A stretch of 64,000 bases of DNA from an uncultured Acidobacteriota bacterium. GTDB taxonomy: Bacteria > Acidobacteriota > Thermoanaerobaculia > Multivoradales > JAHEKO01. The notes under the pieces are model-generated. The model saw only the letters and a list, made by a program, of their open reading frames with translations. It was not told the origin of the DNA and searched no databases. How positions within the stretch are numbered: position 1 is the first letter of the stretch; each line of letters opens with the position of its first letter. The stretch lies in contig CAVQNG010000004.1 in assembly GCA_963713825.1 (NCBI GenBank), positions 128,001 to 192,000 on the forward strand, written 5' to 3'. Shown in pieces: positions 43,085-52,944 of this stretch. Both the position numbers and the translations under genes were made by a program.

Positions 43085-44386
43085 CTACCGCCGTCGCCTT
43101 CGCCGCCGTCGTCGAGGCTTGCGAACCTTGGCGCGATCAGGCCTTTCCGGTCTCTTCTCCTGGATCTTGCGCCAGAGGTCGAGATTGCTCTGGCCCTCGC
43201 CCGTCGCACCCACCATGATCTCGAGCAAGGTCAGTGCATCGTCGAATCCCGGATGGTTGGAGAAACGGATTCGATCCCCGGCACTCTTCCACCGTTCCGC
43301 AAACCGATGAAACGCCCAAATGGCCTGATGCAGCTGATCGGTTCGCTGCCTTGAGAGAGCGAATCGGGTCACGAACGGCGCCAGCACTTCGCTCGTCAGC
43401 TCGCGAAGCGCCGTCCGGTGCACTGGTCTCTGATTGACCGCCTCTACATCCCTACGCCTCAATAGCACGGACGGCAGCAAAAGGGCGCCGAAAACCACGG
43501 CGTCCAAGAGCTTGTCACCTCTTGCCACCATGTCGTCGATTACCGACGGAATACTCTCGAACTCTCCAGCACCATGCTCACGGGCCGAGAGGACGAGATA
43601 GGCCTCGGGTAGGAAGACCTCGAGGAGACCCAGGCTCATCATCCATTGCAGAATGGCGTTGGAGCTGCCGGACCGCAGGAGGTCGCAAATCTCTTCGGTC
43701 AGCCGAGCCGGCGATGCCTTTTCTACTTCACGGCCGTGAGAGCGGATCGCCGCCTGTGCCGTCTCTTCGATATCGAAGTCCAGACGACCCGCCAGCTCGC
43801 ATGCCCTGAGCATGCGGACCGGATCTTCCTGGAACCGCACCTCAGCATCGCCAATGACCCGAATCTGTCGCCGCCGTAGGTCCTCGACTCCGTCGACCCA
43901 ATCGATGACCGAGAAGTCGCTGATGTCGTAGAACAGAGCGTTGATCGTGAAGTCTCTGCGGTAGGCGTCTTCCTCTGGAGATCCGAACACGTTGTCGTCC
44001 GTGATCAGCAGCTCGCTCTGTCCGTTGCCCTGTGCGTCGGGATCCGGATCTCGACGAAACGTGGAGACTTCGACGATGCCGTCGCGAAAGTAGACATGCG
44101 CCAGTCGGAACCGACGCCCGATGATGCGTGAGTTGCGGAACAGCCGCCGTATCTGCTGCGGGCGAGCGCTGGTGCTGACGTCGAAGTCCTTCGGACGGCG
44201 ACCGAGCATCAGATCCCGGACGGCGCCACCGACCATGTAGCTCTTGTACCCGCCGTGATGCAGCCGGTACAAAACCTTGATGGCGTTGCTTTCGATGTCG
44301 CGGCGCGAAACAGGATGCTCGGCCCGCGAGAGAATCAGCGGTCGACCTGAATTCGAAGTACTCACAGACTCATTATACGGAGCCAT
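43085..44386 (-). CDS. pcnB: Poly(A) polymerase I
   Basis: VGGAVRD, PKDFD, IIGRRFRLAHV signature, RRDFTINA, EDPVRMLRA; Arg-rich tail; start may be GTG 44365. Confidence 0.93.
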   Translation of the reverse strand: MAPYNESVSTSNSGRPLILSRAEHPVSRRDIESNAIKVLYRLHHGGYKSYMVGGAVRDLMLGRRPKDFDVSTSARPQQIRRLFRNSRIIGRRFRLAHVYFRDGIVEVSTFRRDPDPDAQGNGQSELLITDDNVFGSPEEDAYRRDFTINALFYDISDFSVIDWVDGVEDLRRRQIRVIGDAEVRFQEDPVRMLRACELAGRLDFDIEETAQAAIRSHGREVEKASPARLTEEICDLLRSGSSNAILQWMMSLGLLEVFLPEAYLVLSAREHGAGEFESIPSVIDDMVARGDKLLDAVVFGALLLPSVLLRRRDVEAVNQRPVHRTALRELTSEVLAPFVTRFALSRQRTDQLHQAIWAFHRFAERWKSAGDRIRFSNHPGFDDALTLLEIMVGATGEGQSNLDLWRKIQEKRPERPDRAKVRKPRRRRRRRRR

Positions 44387-44444
44387 TCTCGCGCTCTCTC
44401 ACCGGTTGAAGACCTTGGCTCTTGCCAGCAGCCTTCATTCCCAA

Positions 44445-44873
44445 TCACTCGGCGGCGATCAACTCGGCCTGCGAGAAGAAGAAACACAACTCCTTCTGCG
44501 CGTTCTCGGACGAATCGCTACCGTGAATCGCATTGCGCTCGATCGACGAGCCGTAGAGCGCTCGAATGGTCCCCTCTTCGGCATTCGCGGGATCGGTCGC
44601 TCCCATGACCTGGCGCAGATGTGGCACGGCATTCTCGCGCGTCAGGGCCACGGCGATAATCGGGCCACTCGTCATATATGCGACCAAGCTGTCGTAGAAG
44701 GGGCGCTCCCGATGCACTGCATAGAAGCTCTGCGCCTGTGCCTTGCTGAGTCGCAATCGCTTGAGAGCCTGGATCTGGAAGCCCTCCTTCTCGAGATGAG
44801 CCAGGATGTTCCCGGCGTTATGGGCTTCCATGCTGTCAGGCTTGATCATTGTCAATGTCTGATCCATGTTCAC
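44445..44873 (-). CDS. ndk: Nucleoside diphosphate kinase
   Basis: IKPD, FYAVH, MGATDP, GTIR, NAIHGSDS. Confidence 0.98.
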   Translation of the reverse strand: MNMDQTLTMIKPDSMEAHNAGNILAHLEKEGFQIQALKRLRLSKAQAQSFYAVHRERPFYDSLVAYMTSGPIIAVALTRENAVPHLRQVMGATDPANAEEGTIRALYGSSIERNAIHGSDSSENAQKELCFFFSQAELIAAE

Positions 44874-44906
44874 TTTCCTCTAGTTTTCGAAAGAGCGCGA
44901 CCTTGA

Positions 44907-45605
44907 TCAGCCCTCTTCGTTGGTTTGACCTTCCAGAACTTCGAAATCCCCATCGGAGTCCTCGAGAGCAAAGACCGGACCCGCTAGTTCCTGGTGCCCT
45001 GCTGGGCCTAGAAGGACAGCCGATCCGGCTGGCAGACCAAGCCCCCACTTCACGCCTTCTTGCTCCATCAACTGCCGAAATCGCCGATCGTGTCCCGGAT
45101 CGAAGTTGGGTTCCACGACACCCGCTGGCAGCCAGCTGAACCCCGGCACGATGTTGCGTCCGAGCAGACTTCGCACCAGAACTCCGAATGCCTGCGTAGC
45201 GCCGGCAATCGCAACAACGATGCCCCCGGATGCCAGTTTGCGCCCCAAGGCCTCGAGGGCCGCCGAGTCGGCGAGCGTCTGCACCAGTTGGTCGGTGATG
45301 CCGCCGCCAATGTAGACCGCCGAAGCCTGCTCGATGCGTTCTACGTTCTTCTGGCGCCGCGCATCCCGAGCTCGATAGATCGGAATAAGACTCGACTCTC
45401 TCCCGAACCTGTCGGTGAGATAAAGCGAAAAATTGGTCGCGTAGTCCGCAGAGCCACTGGCGGCTGGGATGAATCCGACAGGGCCCTCCCCCAGCTTCGA
45501 GATCCACATCTCATCGATCGCCAGGGTCTCTCCAAAGGAGAACTCCCCTCCTCCCAGAAGCACCAGCCAGCCCTGATCGCCAACTCTCTGGATCGCACTT
45601 GACAT
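44907..45605 (-). CDS. Cyanophycinase/peptidase S51-like protein (type 1 GATase fold), catalytic residues apparently absent
   Basis: LLGGGE, FIPAAS, YIGGG; nucleophile elbow reads AIAGA; EPNFD in place of xxHF. Confidence 0.75.
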   Translation of the reverse strand: MSSAIQRVGDQGWLVLLGGGEFSFGETLAIDEMWISKLGEGPVGFIPAASGSADYATNFSLYLTDRFGRESSLIPIYRARDARRQKNVERIEQASAVYIGGGITDQLVQTLADSAALEALGRKLASGGIVVAIAGATQAFGVLVRSLLGRNIVPGFSWLPAGVVEPNFDPGHDRRFRQLMEQEGVKWGLGLPAGSAVLLGPAGHQELAGPVFALEDSDGDFEVLEGQTNEEG

Positions 45606-46478
45606 CTACTTCTCCAGGGCTCGAGCCATCGAGACACCGATCTCGGCCGGCGACTCTGCAACGGTAATTCCGGCCGCCGTCAGGGCCTCGGTCTTGGCCT
45701 GCGCCGTTCCCTTGCCGCCAGAGATAATGGCGCCAGCATGTCCCATCCGACGCCCGGGAGGAGCCGTCCTGCCGGCAATGAAACCGACGACCGGCTTGGC
45801 GAGGTTTTCCTTCACCCATGCAGCAGCCTCTTCTTCGGCGCTACCGCCGATCTCGCCGATCAGGATCACGCCCTCGGTGGCCGGATCCTCGGCAAAGGCC
45901 GTCAGGGTGTCGATGAAATTGGTTCCAGGAAGAGGGTCGCCACCGATGCCGATGCAGGTGGACTGGCCCAGGCCCAGGTTCGTCACCTGCCAAACCGCCT
46001 CATAGGTGAGGGTTCCGGAGCGGCTGACGACGCCGACCTTGCCCGGCTGATGAATGTGCCCGGGCATGATACCGATCTTGGCCATGCCGGGAGAGATAAT
46101 GCCGGGACAGTTCGGACCGATGAGGCGGGTCGGATTGTCCTCGAGAAAAGCGCGTACTTTCAGCATGTCCGCGACAGGAATACCTTCAGTAATACAGACC
46201 ACCAGTTCCACACCGGCCGCAGCCGCCTCCATGATGGCGTCGGCAGCAAATGGTGGCGGCACGAAGATCATCGAGGCATTGCAGGCCGTCGCCTCCCGGG
46301 CTTCCGTCACCGAATCGTAGACCGGGATTCCATCCACGGATTGGCCGCCCTTGCCTGGCGTGACGCCGGCCACCACATTGGTGCCATAGTCCCTGCAACC
46401 CAGAGCGTGAAACTGACCCTCTGAGCCGGTAATACCCTGCACCACCAGTCGGGTGTCGTTGTCGACCCAGATCGCCAT
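45606..46478 (-). CDS. sucD: Succinyl-CoA synthetase alpha subunit
   Basis: [27 protein letters not shown]. Confidence 0.98.
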   Translation of the reverse strand: MAIWVDNDTRLVVQGITGSEGQFHALGCRDYGTNVVAGVTPGKGGQSVDGIPVYDSVTEAREATACNASMIFVPPPFAADAIMEAAAAGVELVVCITEGIPVADMLKVRAFLEDNPTRLIGPNCPGIISPGMAKIGIMPGHIHQPGKVGVVSRSGTLTYEAVWQVTNLGLGQSTCIGIGGDPLPGTNFIDTLTAFAEDPATEGVILIGEIGGSAEEEAAAWVKENLAKPVVGFIAGRTAPPGRRMGHAGAIISGGKGTAQAKTEALTAAGITVAESPAEIGVSMARALEK

Positions 46479-47647
46479 TACGCCACTCCTTTCGCCGCTG
46501 CCACCACCTTCTGCGCTGCATCGGCCATGTCGTTGGCCACAATGAAGTCGAAGTCGGCTTCTCCCAGGATTTTGCGCCCCTGCTCGACGTTGGTGCCTTC
46601 CAATCGGACGACCACCGGCAGCTTCACATCCGGCATCTCCTGGAGAGCGGCTACGACGCCGTTCGCGATCCGATCGGTCCGCGCGATGCCGCCGAAGATG
46701 TTGATGAGGACGGCCTTGACGGTATCGTCGGAGATGAGAATTCGGAAGGCGTTCTGAACGGCCTCCTGGCTCGCCGAGCCACCCACATCCAAGAAGTTCG
46801 CCGGTTCGCTACCGAAGAGCTTGATGATGTCCATCGTGGCCATGGCCAGCCCGGCTCCGTTGACCATGCAGCCGATCTCGCCGTCCAACTTGATGTAGTT
46901 GAGGTCGTACTTGCCCGCTTCGACCTCTAAAGGGTTTTCCTCCGCGAGATCTCGCATCTCCCGAATGTCCGGATGGCGAAACAGGGCGTTGTCATCGAAG
47001 TTCATCTTCGCGTCCAGAGCCACCACGTCACCCTCTTCTGTGATGAGGAGTGGGTTGATCTCCACCAGCGAGGCGTCGATGGCGAGATACGCAGCCGTCA
47101 ATGAGCTGATCAGTTTGGCCGCTTGACGTCCCGTGGCGCCCTCGAGCCCCAGCTTCTTGACCACCGATCTCGCCTGAAATGGCAGCATGCCGAGCTGGGG
47201 ATCGATAGCTTCTCGAACGATGGCCTCGGGATTCTCGGCCGCAACCTCCTCGATGTCCATGCCGCCCGATGCAGAGGCCATCAACACCGGCTTGCCCGTA
47301 GCTCGGTCGAGAGTGACGCTCAGATAGAGCTCTGAAGCGATATTCAGAGCCTCTTCGATCAGCACCTTGCGGACCGTTTGTCCTTCGGGCCCGGTCTGCG
47401 GAGTCACCAGCTGCATACCCAGAATCGAGGCCGCGGTCGCCTCTGCCTCTTCGGGTGAGCCGGCCAGCTTCACTCCACCCCCTTTGCCACGCCCACCGGC
47501 ATGAATTTGAGCCTTGACGACACACCGCCCGCCCATCTCTCGACAGACTTCCGCCGCCTCAGCCGCAGAATCGACCACCTGTCCCCGCGGTGTCGCGACT
47601 CCAAAGCGGCGCAAGATCTCCTTGGCCTGGAATTCGTGGATCTTCAA
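46478..47647 (-). CDS. sucC: Succinyl-CoA synthetase beta subunit
   Basis: [37 protein letters not shown]; TTG start after AGGAG. Confidence 0.98.
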   Translation of the reverse strand: MKIHEFQAKEILRRFGVATPRGQVVDSAAEAAEVCREMGGRCVVKAQIHAGGRGKGGGVKLAGSPEEAEATAASILGMQLVTPQTGPEGQTVRKVLIEEALNIASELYLSVTLDRATGKPVLMASASGGMDIEEVAAENPEAIVREAIDPQLGMLPFQARSVVKKLGLEGATGRQAAKLISSLTAAYLAIDASLVEINPLLITEEGDVVALDAKMNFDDNALFRHPDIREMRDLAEENPLEVEAGKYDLNYIKLDGEIGCMVNGAGLAMATMDIIKLFGSEPANFLDVGGSASQEAVQNAFRILISDDTVKAVLINIFGGIARTDRIANGVVAALQEMPDVKLPVVVRLEGTNVEQGRKILGEADFDFIVANDMADAAQKVVAAAKGVA

Positions 47648-47765
47648 AACCAATCTCCTATTTTGGTGTTGTCCATGCCCGAAGAACTCGGGACAAACAG
47701 TATAGTCCGGAACGGGCGGAGAGGGAATTCCCGCCGCAGGTGTCTAGCCAGACGAAGAGTAGCGA

Positions 47766-50174
47766 TCAGGGAATTTCGAGCACCAGCACCGTCAGATCGT
47801 CTTCGCGCGGCGAGTTGCGGGTAAACGTCTCGAGGTCGTTCAAGACACCGTCGCGAATTGCTTCGACGCTCTGCCCCGCCAGACTACCGAGGCACTCTTC
47901 GAGGCGCTCGAAACCAAAGAGATCTTCGCTGCCTTCGGCTCGCGCTTCGACGACGCCGTCACTGAACAGAAAGAGGGCGTCTCCAGAATTGAGCTTTGCT
48001 GAGCGCACCCGGACATCGAGCTCGCCACGCACGCCCAATGGATAGGAAACGGACTCGAGGGCATGAACCCCTCCCTGCTTGGTGATCTGATAGGGAAACA
48101 GGTGGCCGGCACTGGCGTAGAACATCTCGCGCCGCTCCGGATCGATCAATGCGTAGCAGAGGGTAGCCAGGAGCCGCTTGCGTGCGCTCTGAAAAACCAT
48201 GCGATTGAGAGTGCAGAAGACCTTCTCGACATCGGGGTCGAAGGTCACTTGCACGGCCAGCGCGGACTTGGCCATCGACATGACTAGCCCACTGGAGACG
48301 CCGTGGCCGGCCACATCGCCAACGGCGACGGCCAACCTACCGTCCTCCAGAGCCAGAACATCGTAGAAATCGCCACCGACCTCGGTGGCCGGAAGATACT
48401 TGTGGCTCAACTTCACACCGTTGAGCTGCGGCGGCAGCTCAGGAAGGATCGACGCCTGGATTCCGCGGGCGGTCTCGAGCTCGACTCGCTGGCGCTCCCG
48501 ATCGGCAATGCGCCTGACGTGGGGCGGAATATCCTCGTATCGGTAGGTGAACTCCCTGTCGCTCAGCAGGTACCTTGCGCTGGCGATCAATGGCAGCGCC
48601 ACACCCAGGAGAGCCAGGGAGGCGTGAAGCTGAACGGACGCATCGTTGGCACCCAGGAACGGAACCGCTCCGCTGACCACGAAGAGCGTCATATAGGCGA
48701 GGATCGAGGTAAAAAGTCCGAATCTCAGAAACAGGAACACGAACGCAGCTGGAGGTAGCAGCCAAAGCAGATAGTTCCAGCTGAATGGGTAGACATAGGT
48801 GCCGGAGAAGAACAGGATGGCGGCCGCGATCACCGCGATGGCGATGCCCAGCCATCGACCCAGGTGGCGGTTGCCGTAGGAGACCAGAAACAGTCTCCCA
48901 AAGAGGCCCGTGTAGAGAGCGTAGGCCAAACCGAAGGCGAACAGCGGAACGCTGAACCATCCGGCACTCTCCCACCAGGGTCCGATCGAAAAGGACGCAT
49001 AGGCGAAGATCCCGTACTGTCGAAACAGGACCATGAGCGACCACTCGATGGCAGCAATGACCAGACCAGCCACCAGTCCCTGCAACGAGGCTCGCGCAAA
49101 GGTCGCGTTTCTCCAGTCCCCCTTGAACAGGGAATCGAAGGCGGCCAACTTCTTTCCCCAACGCTCTCGGCATAGGGACTCGCCCACCGACCAACTGAGA
49201 AACGACATCACTCCCATCGGAAAGAAGAAGAGCATCAGCATCTGAAAGCCGACGACCCAGCTCATCTGACGACGAGTTAGAACACCCATCGACCAGCCAG
49301 CCGAGGCCGCGCCGCCGCTGAAAAGCAGGGTCACGGCTCCAGCCACGACGATGACGAGGGAAATTTGGATGCCGCGCCGAATTCCGACCTCACCTTCGTG
49401 GTAGCGCCGAACAAACGGTATCGCCACCAGTGGCAAGAGCAGCAGCGGCAAGAAGACCTTGAGCTGCCCAAGAAGCTGGATCGTCTGGAAGCTACTTCGA
49501 ATACTGGCCAGGTCCGGGTCTTCGAAGAACCCCGCATATCCAGCCAGTCGATCGCCAGCGAACGTGACTTCGACACCGTACGGGTGGTCTTCGCCCAGCA
49601 GAGTCTCAGTGTCCCGATAGCGCAGAGTCAGGTCGGCCCTGGACTGGAGCTGGCGCTTCCGGATCTCGGGCTCCTGGAACGTCTCCAGATCGAAACCCTG
49701 CTCGCCAAGGAAGAGATCCGCTTCGGCACGAGCCGCTGATTCGTCGATCTCCCCTCCCTCTTCATCGGGGGGAACCCGGAGCATCAACTCGGTAACCTCA
49801 CCGTGAGGCGTTACTCGGGCCCGGTAGCTCCACTCGAAGGGAGTCGCTCCAGGCTCGTAAACGGTGACCTGCCAGGTCCTCAGCCCCTGAGTCAAGCGAC
49901 TGTCCTCCAGGTCACTGACCTGGCCCGACAGGAGGGACTGTTGGAGACGGTGCTCCAACGCTGGAGCCTCCTCCTGCTGCGTCACCACGTACGGCTTGGG
50001 AGGCAGCTCACCAAGATCCCGCATCCGTTCGAGAGCCAAGGCTTGCGCTTCCCGTTTGGAGATGTCCCAATCTCGAGGAAAAAGTGGGTAGGCGCGCGGA
50101 AATGCCCAGGCCACCACGAGCGCCGCGATCACGCCAGTGGCGATCCAGGCTAGTGCTGAGGTGGCTTTCTTCAC
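47766..50174 (-). CDS. Multi-pass membrane SpoIIE/PP2C-family phosphatase with extracytoplasmic N-terminal domain
   Basis: GTG start after GGAG; TM, soluble domain, about 9 TM, then ARGIQ, VGGDFYD, GDVAGHG, FSDGVVEA, DDLT. Confidence 0.9.
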   Translation of the reverse strand: MKKATSALAWIATGVIAALVVAWAFPRAYPLFPRDWDISKREAQALALERMRDLGELPPKPYVVTQQEEAPALEHRLQQSLLSGQVSDLEDSRLTQGLRTWQVTVYEPGATPFEWSYRARVTPHGEVTELMLRVPPDEEGGEIDESAARAEADLFLGEQGFDLETFQEPEIRKRQLQSRADLTLRYRDTETLLGEDHPYGVEVTFAGDRLAGYAGFFEDPDLASIRSSFQTIQLLGQLKVFLPLLLLPLVAIPFVRRYHEGEVGIRRGIQISLVIVVAGAVTLLFSGGAASAGWSMGVLTRRQMSWVVGFQMLMLFFFPMGVMSFLSWSVGESLCRERWGKKLAAFDSLFKGDWRNATFARASLQGLVAGLVIAAIEWSLMVLFRQYGIFAYASFSIGPWWESAGWFSVPLFAFGLAYALYTGLFGRLFLVSYGNRHLGRWLGIAIAVIAAAILFFSGTYVYPFSWNYLLWLLPPAAFVFLFLRFGLFTSILAYMTLFVVSGAVPFLGANDASVQLHASLALLGVALPLIASARYLLSDREFTYRYEDIPPHVRRIADRERQRVELETARGIQASILPELPPQLNGVKLSHKYLPATEVGGDFYDVLALEDGRLAVAVGDVAGHGVSSGLVMSMAKSALAVQVTFDPDVEKVFCTLNRMVFQSARKRLLATLCYALIDPERREMFYASAGHLFPYQITKQGGVHALESVSYPLGVRGELDVRVRSAKLNSGDALFLFSDGVVEARAEGSEDLFGFERLEECLGSLAGQSVEAIRDGVLNDLETFTRNSPREDDLTVLVLEIP

Positions 50175-50302
50175 AATCTCTCCGCCGATAGCAAGCAATT
50201 CCCCAGGGCCCGATCGAGCCCCTTCAAGGCTCCGTACGGAACCCCGCTTCGAAGGTTGCATCCTTGCCGGGCTCGCCCTCGAACGCCCGATCGAGGCATC
50301 GC

Positions 50303-51550
50303 CTAGAGGTTTTCTACAATTGCCTGCCCGAACTCGGAGGTCTTGAGCAGCGTCGCACCTTCCATTTGCCGCTCCAGATCGTAGGTTACTCGCTTCTGGC
50401 CGATGGTCTTTTCCAAAGCTGCCACCACCCTCGATGCCGCCTCCTGCCAACCCAACCACTGCAGCATCATGACACCCGAAAGGATGAGAGAGCCGGGGTT
50501 GACCTTGTCCAGGTTGGTGTACTTGGGAGCCGTTCCATGCGTCGCTTCGAATAGAGCCAGGCCATCGCCCTCGTTGCTCCCAGGTGCCATTCCGAGGCCA
50601 CCGACCTGCGCTGCTAGAGCATCGGACAGATAGTCCCCGTTCAAGTTGGTGGTGGCGAGAATCTGATACTCGCTCGGCCGCAGCAGTATCTGCTGAAACA
50701 TGGCGTCGGCAATTCGGTCTTTCACCAGGATCTTGCCCTCTGGCAACTGGCCGTCCAATTCGTCCCAAAGGGCCTGCTCGGTAATGGTCTGCTCACCGAA
50801 CTCGTCCTGGGCAACCTGATAGCCCCACTCCTTGAACGCCCCCTCGGTGTACTTCATGATGTTGCCTTTGTGGACCAGGGTCACATCGGTTCTGCCCTCA
50901 CGAACCGCGTACTCGAGAGCCTTGCGTACGAGCCTCTTGCTGCCCGTAATCGACACCGGCTTGATGCCAATACCACTGTCTTCCCGGACGCGCTTCCCGA
51001 GCTTGTCCCGCATGAAGCCGATCAACTCCTTGGCCCCGCCGGAGCCTTCCTCCCATTCGATGCCGCAGTAGACGTCCTCGGTGTTCTCGCGAAAGATCAC
51101 CATGTCGACCTTGCCGGGCTCCTTGACTGGCGAAGGAACGCCCTCGAAGTAGCGCACCGGCCGCACGCAGGCATAGAGATCCAGCGTCTGTCGAAGCGTC
51201 ACATTGAGGCTGCGGAAGCCGCCCCCGACCGGTGTCGTCAAGGGGCCCTTGATGGCAACCCGAAAATGGCGCACGGCATCCACCGTATCCTGGGGCAACC
51301 ACTCGTCGTAGTGCTCCTTGGCCTTCTCGCCGGCGAAAATCTCCATCCAAGCAATGGATTTGGAACCACCATAGGTCTTCTCTACGGCACTGTCCAAGAC
51401 GAACTGTGTGGCACGCCAGATGTCCGGTCCGATGCCATCCCCTTCAATGTAGGGAACAATCGGGCGATCAGGGACATCGAGATTGCCATCTTGCCATTCA
51501 ATTTCTTGCCCATCAGAGGGCGGCGACACCTTTCGAAAGCTAGTGCTCAC
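50303..51550 (-). CDS. icd: NADP-dependent isocitrate dehydrogenase
   Basis: [45 protein letters not shown]. Confidence 0.98.
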   Translation of the reverse strand: MSTSFRKVSPPSDGQEIEWQDGNLDVPDRPIVPYIEGDGIGPDIWRATQFVLDSAVEKTYGGSKSIAWMEIFAGEKAKEHYDEWLPQDTVDAVRHFRVAIKGPLTTPVGGGFRSLNVTLRQTLDLYACVRPVRYFEGVPSPVKEPGKVDMVIFRENTEDVYCGIEWEEGSGGAKELIGFMRDKLGKRVREDSGIGIKPVSITGSKRLVRKALEYAVREGRTDVTLVHKGNIMKYTEGAFKEWGYQVAQDEFGEQTITEQALWDELDGQLPEGKILVKDRIADAMFQQILLRPSEYQILATTNLNGDYLSDALAAQVGGLGMAPGSNEGDGLALFEATHGTAPKYTNLDKVNPGSLILSGVMMLQWLGWQEAASRVVAALEKTIGQKRVTYDLERQMEGATLLKTSEFGQAIVENL

Positions 51551-51658
51551 GCCGAGGATTCTCCTATCTGTTCAGAGTCACATTTTGGGTCGCACGCCGG
51601 GCGACGAGCGAACTTTGAGTTTAGCACAGGGGTCGAGTGGTCATGGTAGATTTCCGCC

Positions 51659-52054
51659 ATGGATTGGAGCCCTCTCATCGACGCAGCCGAAGCCGTCAGA
51701 AGAAACGCCTACGCACCGTTCAGCGAATTCAAGGTGGGAGCTGCCGTGCAGACTCAGAGCGGACGGATCTTCAGTGGCTGCAACGTAGAGAATCGGAGCT
51801 ATGGGGCCACGATCTGCGCCGAGCGATTTGCTGTTGGCTCTGCGATCGCCGCTGGGGAGACCAGGGTCGAAGGTGTCGTCGTGGTGACGGCCACCAGCCC
51901 CCCCTCCCCGCCATGCGGACTCTGCCTTCAGGTGCTGGCAGAGTTCGGCGACGCCCAGCTGCCTATCCTGCTTCTCAACCTGAAGGGTGAGCGACTGGAG
52001 TCTCAACTGGCAGACTTCCTGCCTCATCCGTTTCATTTGCCCGACCAGACCTAG
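51659..52054 (+). CDS. cdd: Cytidine deaminase
   Basis: AYAPFS.FKVGAA, NVEN, CAE, PCGLC. Confidence 0.96.
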   Translation: MDWSPLIDAAEAVRRNAYAPFSEFKVGAAVQTQSGRIFSGCNVENRSYGATICAERFAVGSAIAAGETRVEGVVVVTATSPPSPPCGLCLQVLAEFGDAQLPILLLNLKGERLESQLADFLPHPFHLPDQT

Positions 52055-52914
52055 CCGAGATCGACGAACTCGGCATTCACCGGCTCCGGCAGGATGCCGG
52101 CCTCGTGGCCCTTATCGAGAAGCAGCTGGACGGCGCGCCTTCCAGCCTCCCCATAGTCGCGAGTCCAATCGTTCACGTACATCGAGACGAACCGGTCCGA
52201 CCGAACTGGATCATCTTCGAGGCCCCGCGCATATCGAGTCGCGAACCCCATCGCTTCTTCTCGATGATCGAGAGCATAGTTGATGCTGTCGGAAAGGAGC
52301 TCCGACAACCGACGAATCAAGTCAGGATGAAGATCTTTGCGAATCCCATTGCCGCCCAGAGGCAAGGGGCCACCTGTCTCTTCCTTCCACCAGGCCCCCA
52401 GATCGACGACGGACTCGAGCCCCATGTCCGAATAGGTCAGCTGGCCTTCGTGGATGACTACCCCCGCCACAGCGTCGCCATTGCTCACCGCATCCAGAAT
52501 CTGATCGAAAGCCACGACTGTCGTGTCCAACTCCGGCTGCCAAAGCTGCAATGCCAGATTGGCTGACGTCAGATCGCCGGGAATCGCGACCGTCTCTCCC
52601 ACCAGGTCCTCCCGGCTCATCTTTTCTTTTGCCACCACTACCGGCCCGTAGCCGTCGCCAAAGCTGGCACCCGAGGGCATCAGGATGTAGCGATCTGCAA
52701 GGTAGGCGTAACCGTGGATCGACAGCGCTGTGATCTCGTAAGTGCCTTCGAAAGCAGCCTGGTTCAGGCTCTCGATATCGTTCAGGACATGCTCGATCTC
52801 CAACCCAGAGGAGTCGAGAATGCCCTGGGTTAGAGCATAGAACATGAAGGCGTCGTCGGAATCTGGACTATGGGCAATACCAATTTTCGTGGGTGTCATC
52901 GTTGTTTCGCTCAT
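52051..52914 (-). CDS. mqnD: Futalosine-pathway MqnD (MqnA/MqnD/SBP family)
   Basis: AHSPDSDDAFMFYAL, GYGP, IHEGQL, PLPLG, MYVN. Confidence 0.88.
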   Translation of the reverse strand: MSETTMTPTKIGIAHSPDSDDAFMFYALTQGILDSSGLEIEHVLNDIESLNQAAFEGTYEITALSIHGYAYLADRYILMPSGASFGDGYGPVVVAKEKMSREDLVGETVAIPGDLTSANLALQLWQPELDTTVVAFDQILDAVSNGDAVAGVVIHEGQLTYSDMGLESVVDLGAWWKEETGGPLPLGGNGIRKDLHPDLIRRLSELLSDSINYALDHREEAMGFATRYARGLEDDPVRSDRFVSMYVNDWTRDYGEAGRRAVQLLLDKGHEAGILPEPVNAEFVDLG

Positions 52915-52944
52915 GGGGTGAAAGGCCGATCCAAGCTGGCCGGA

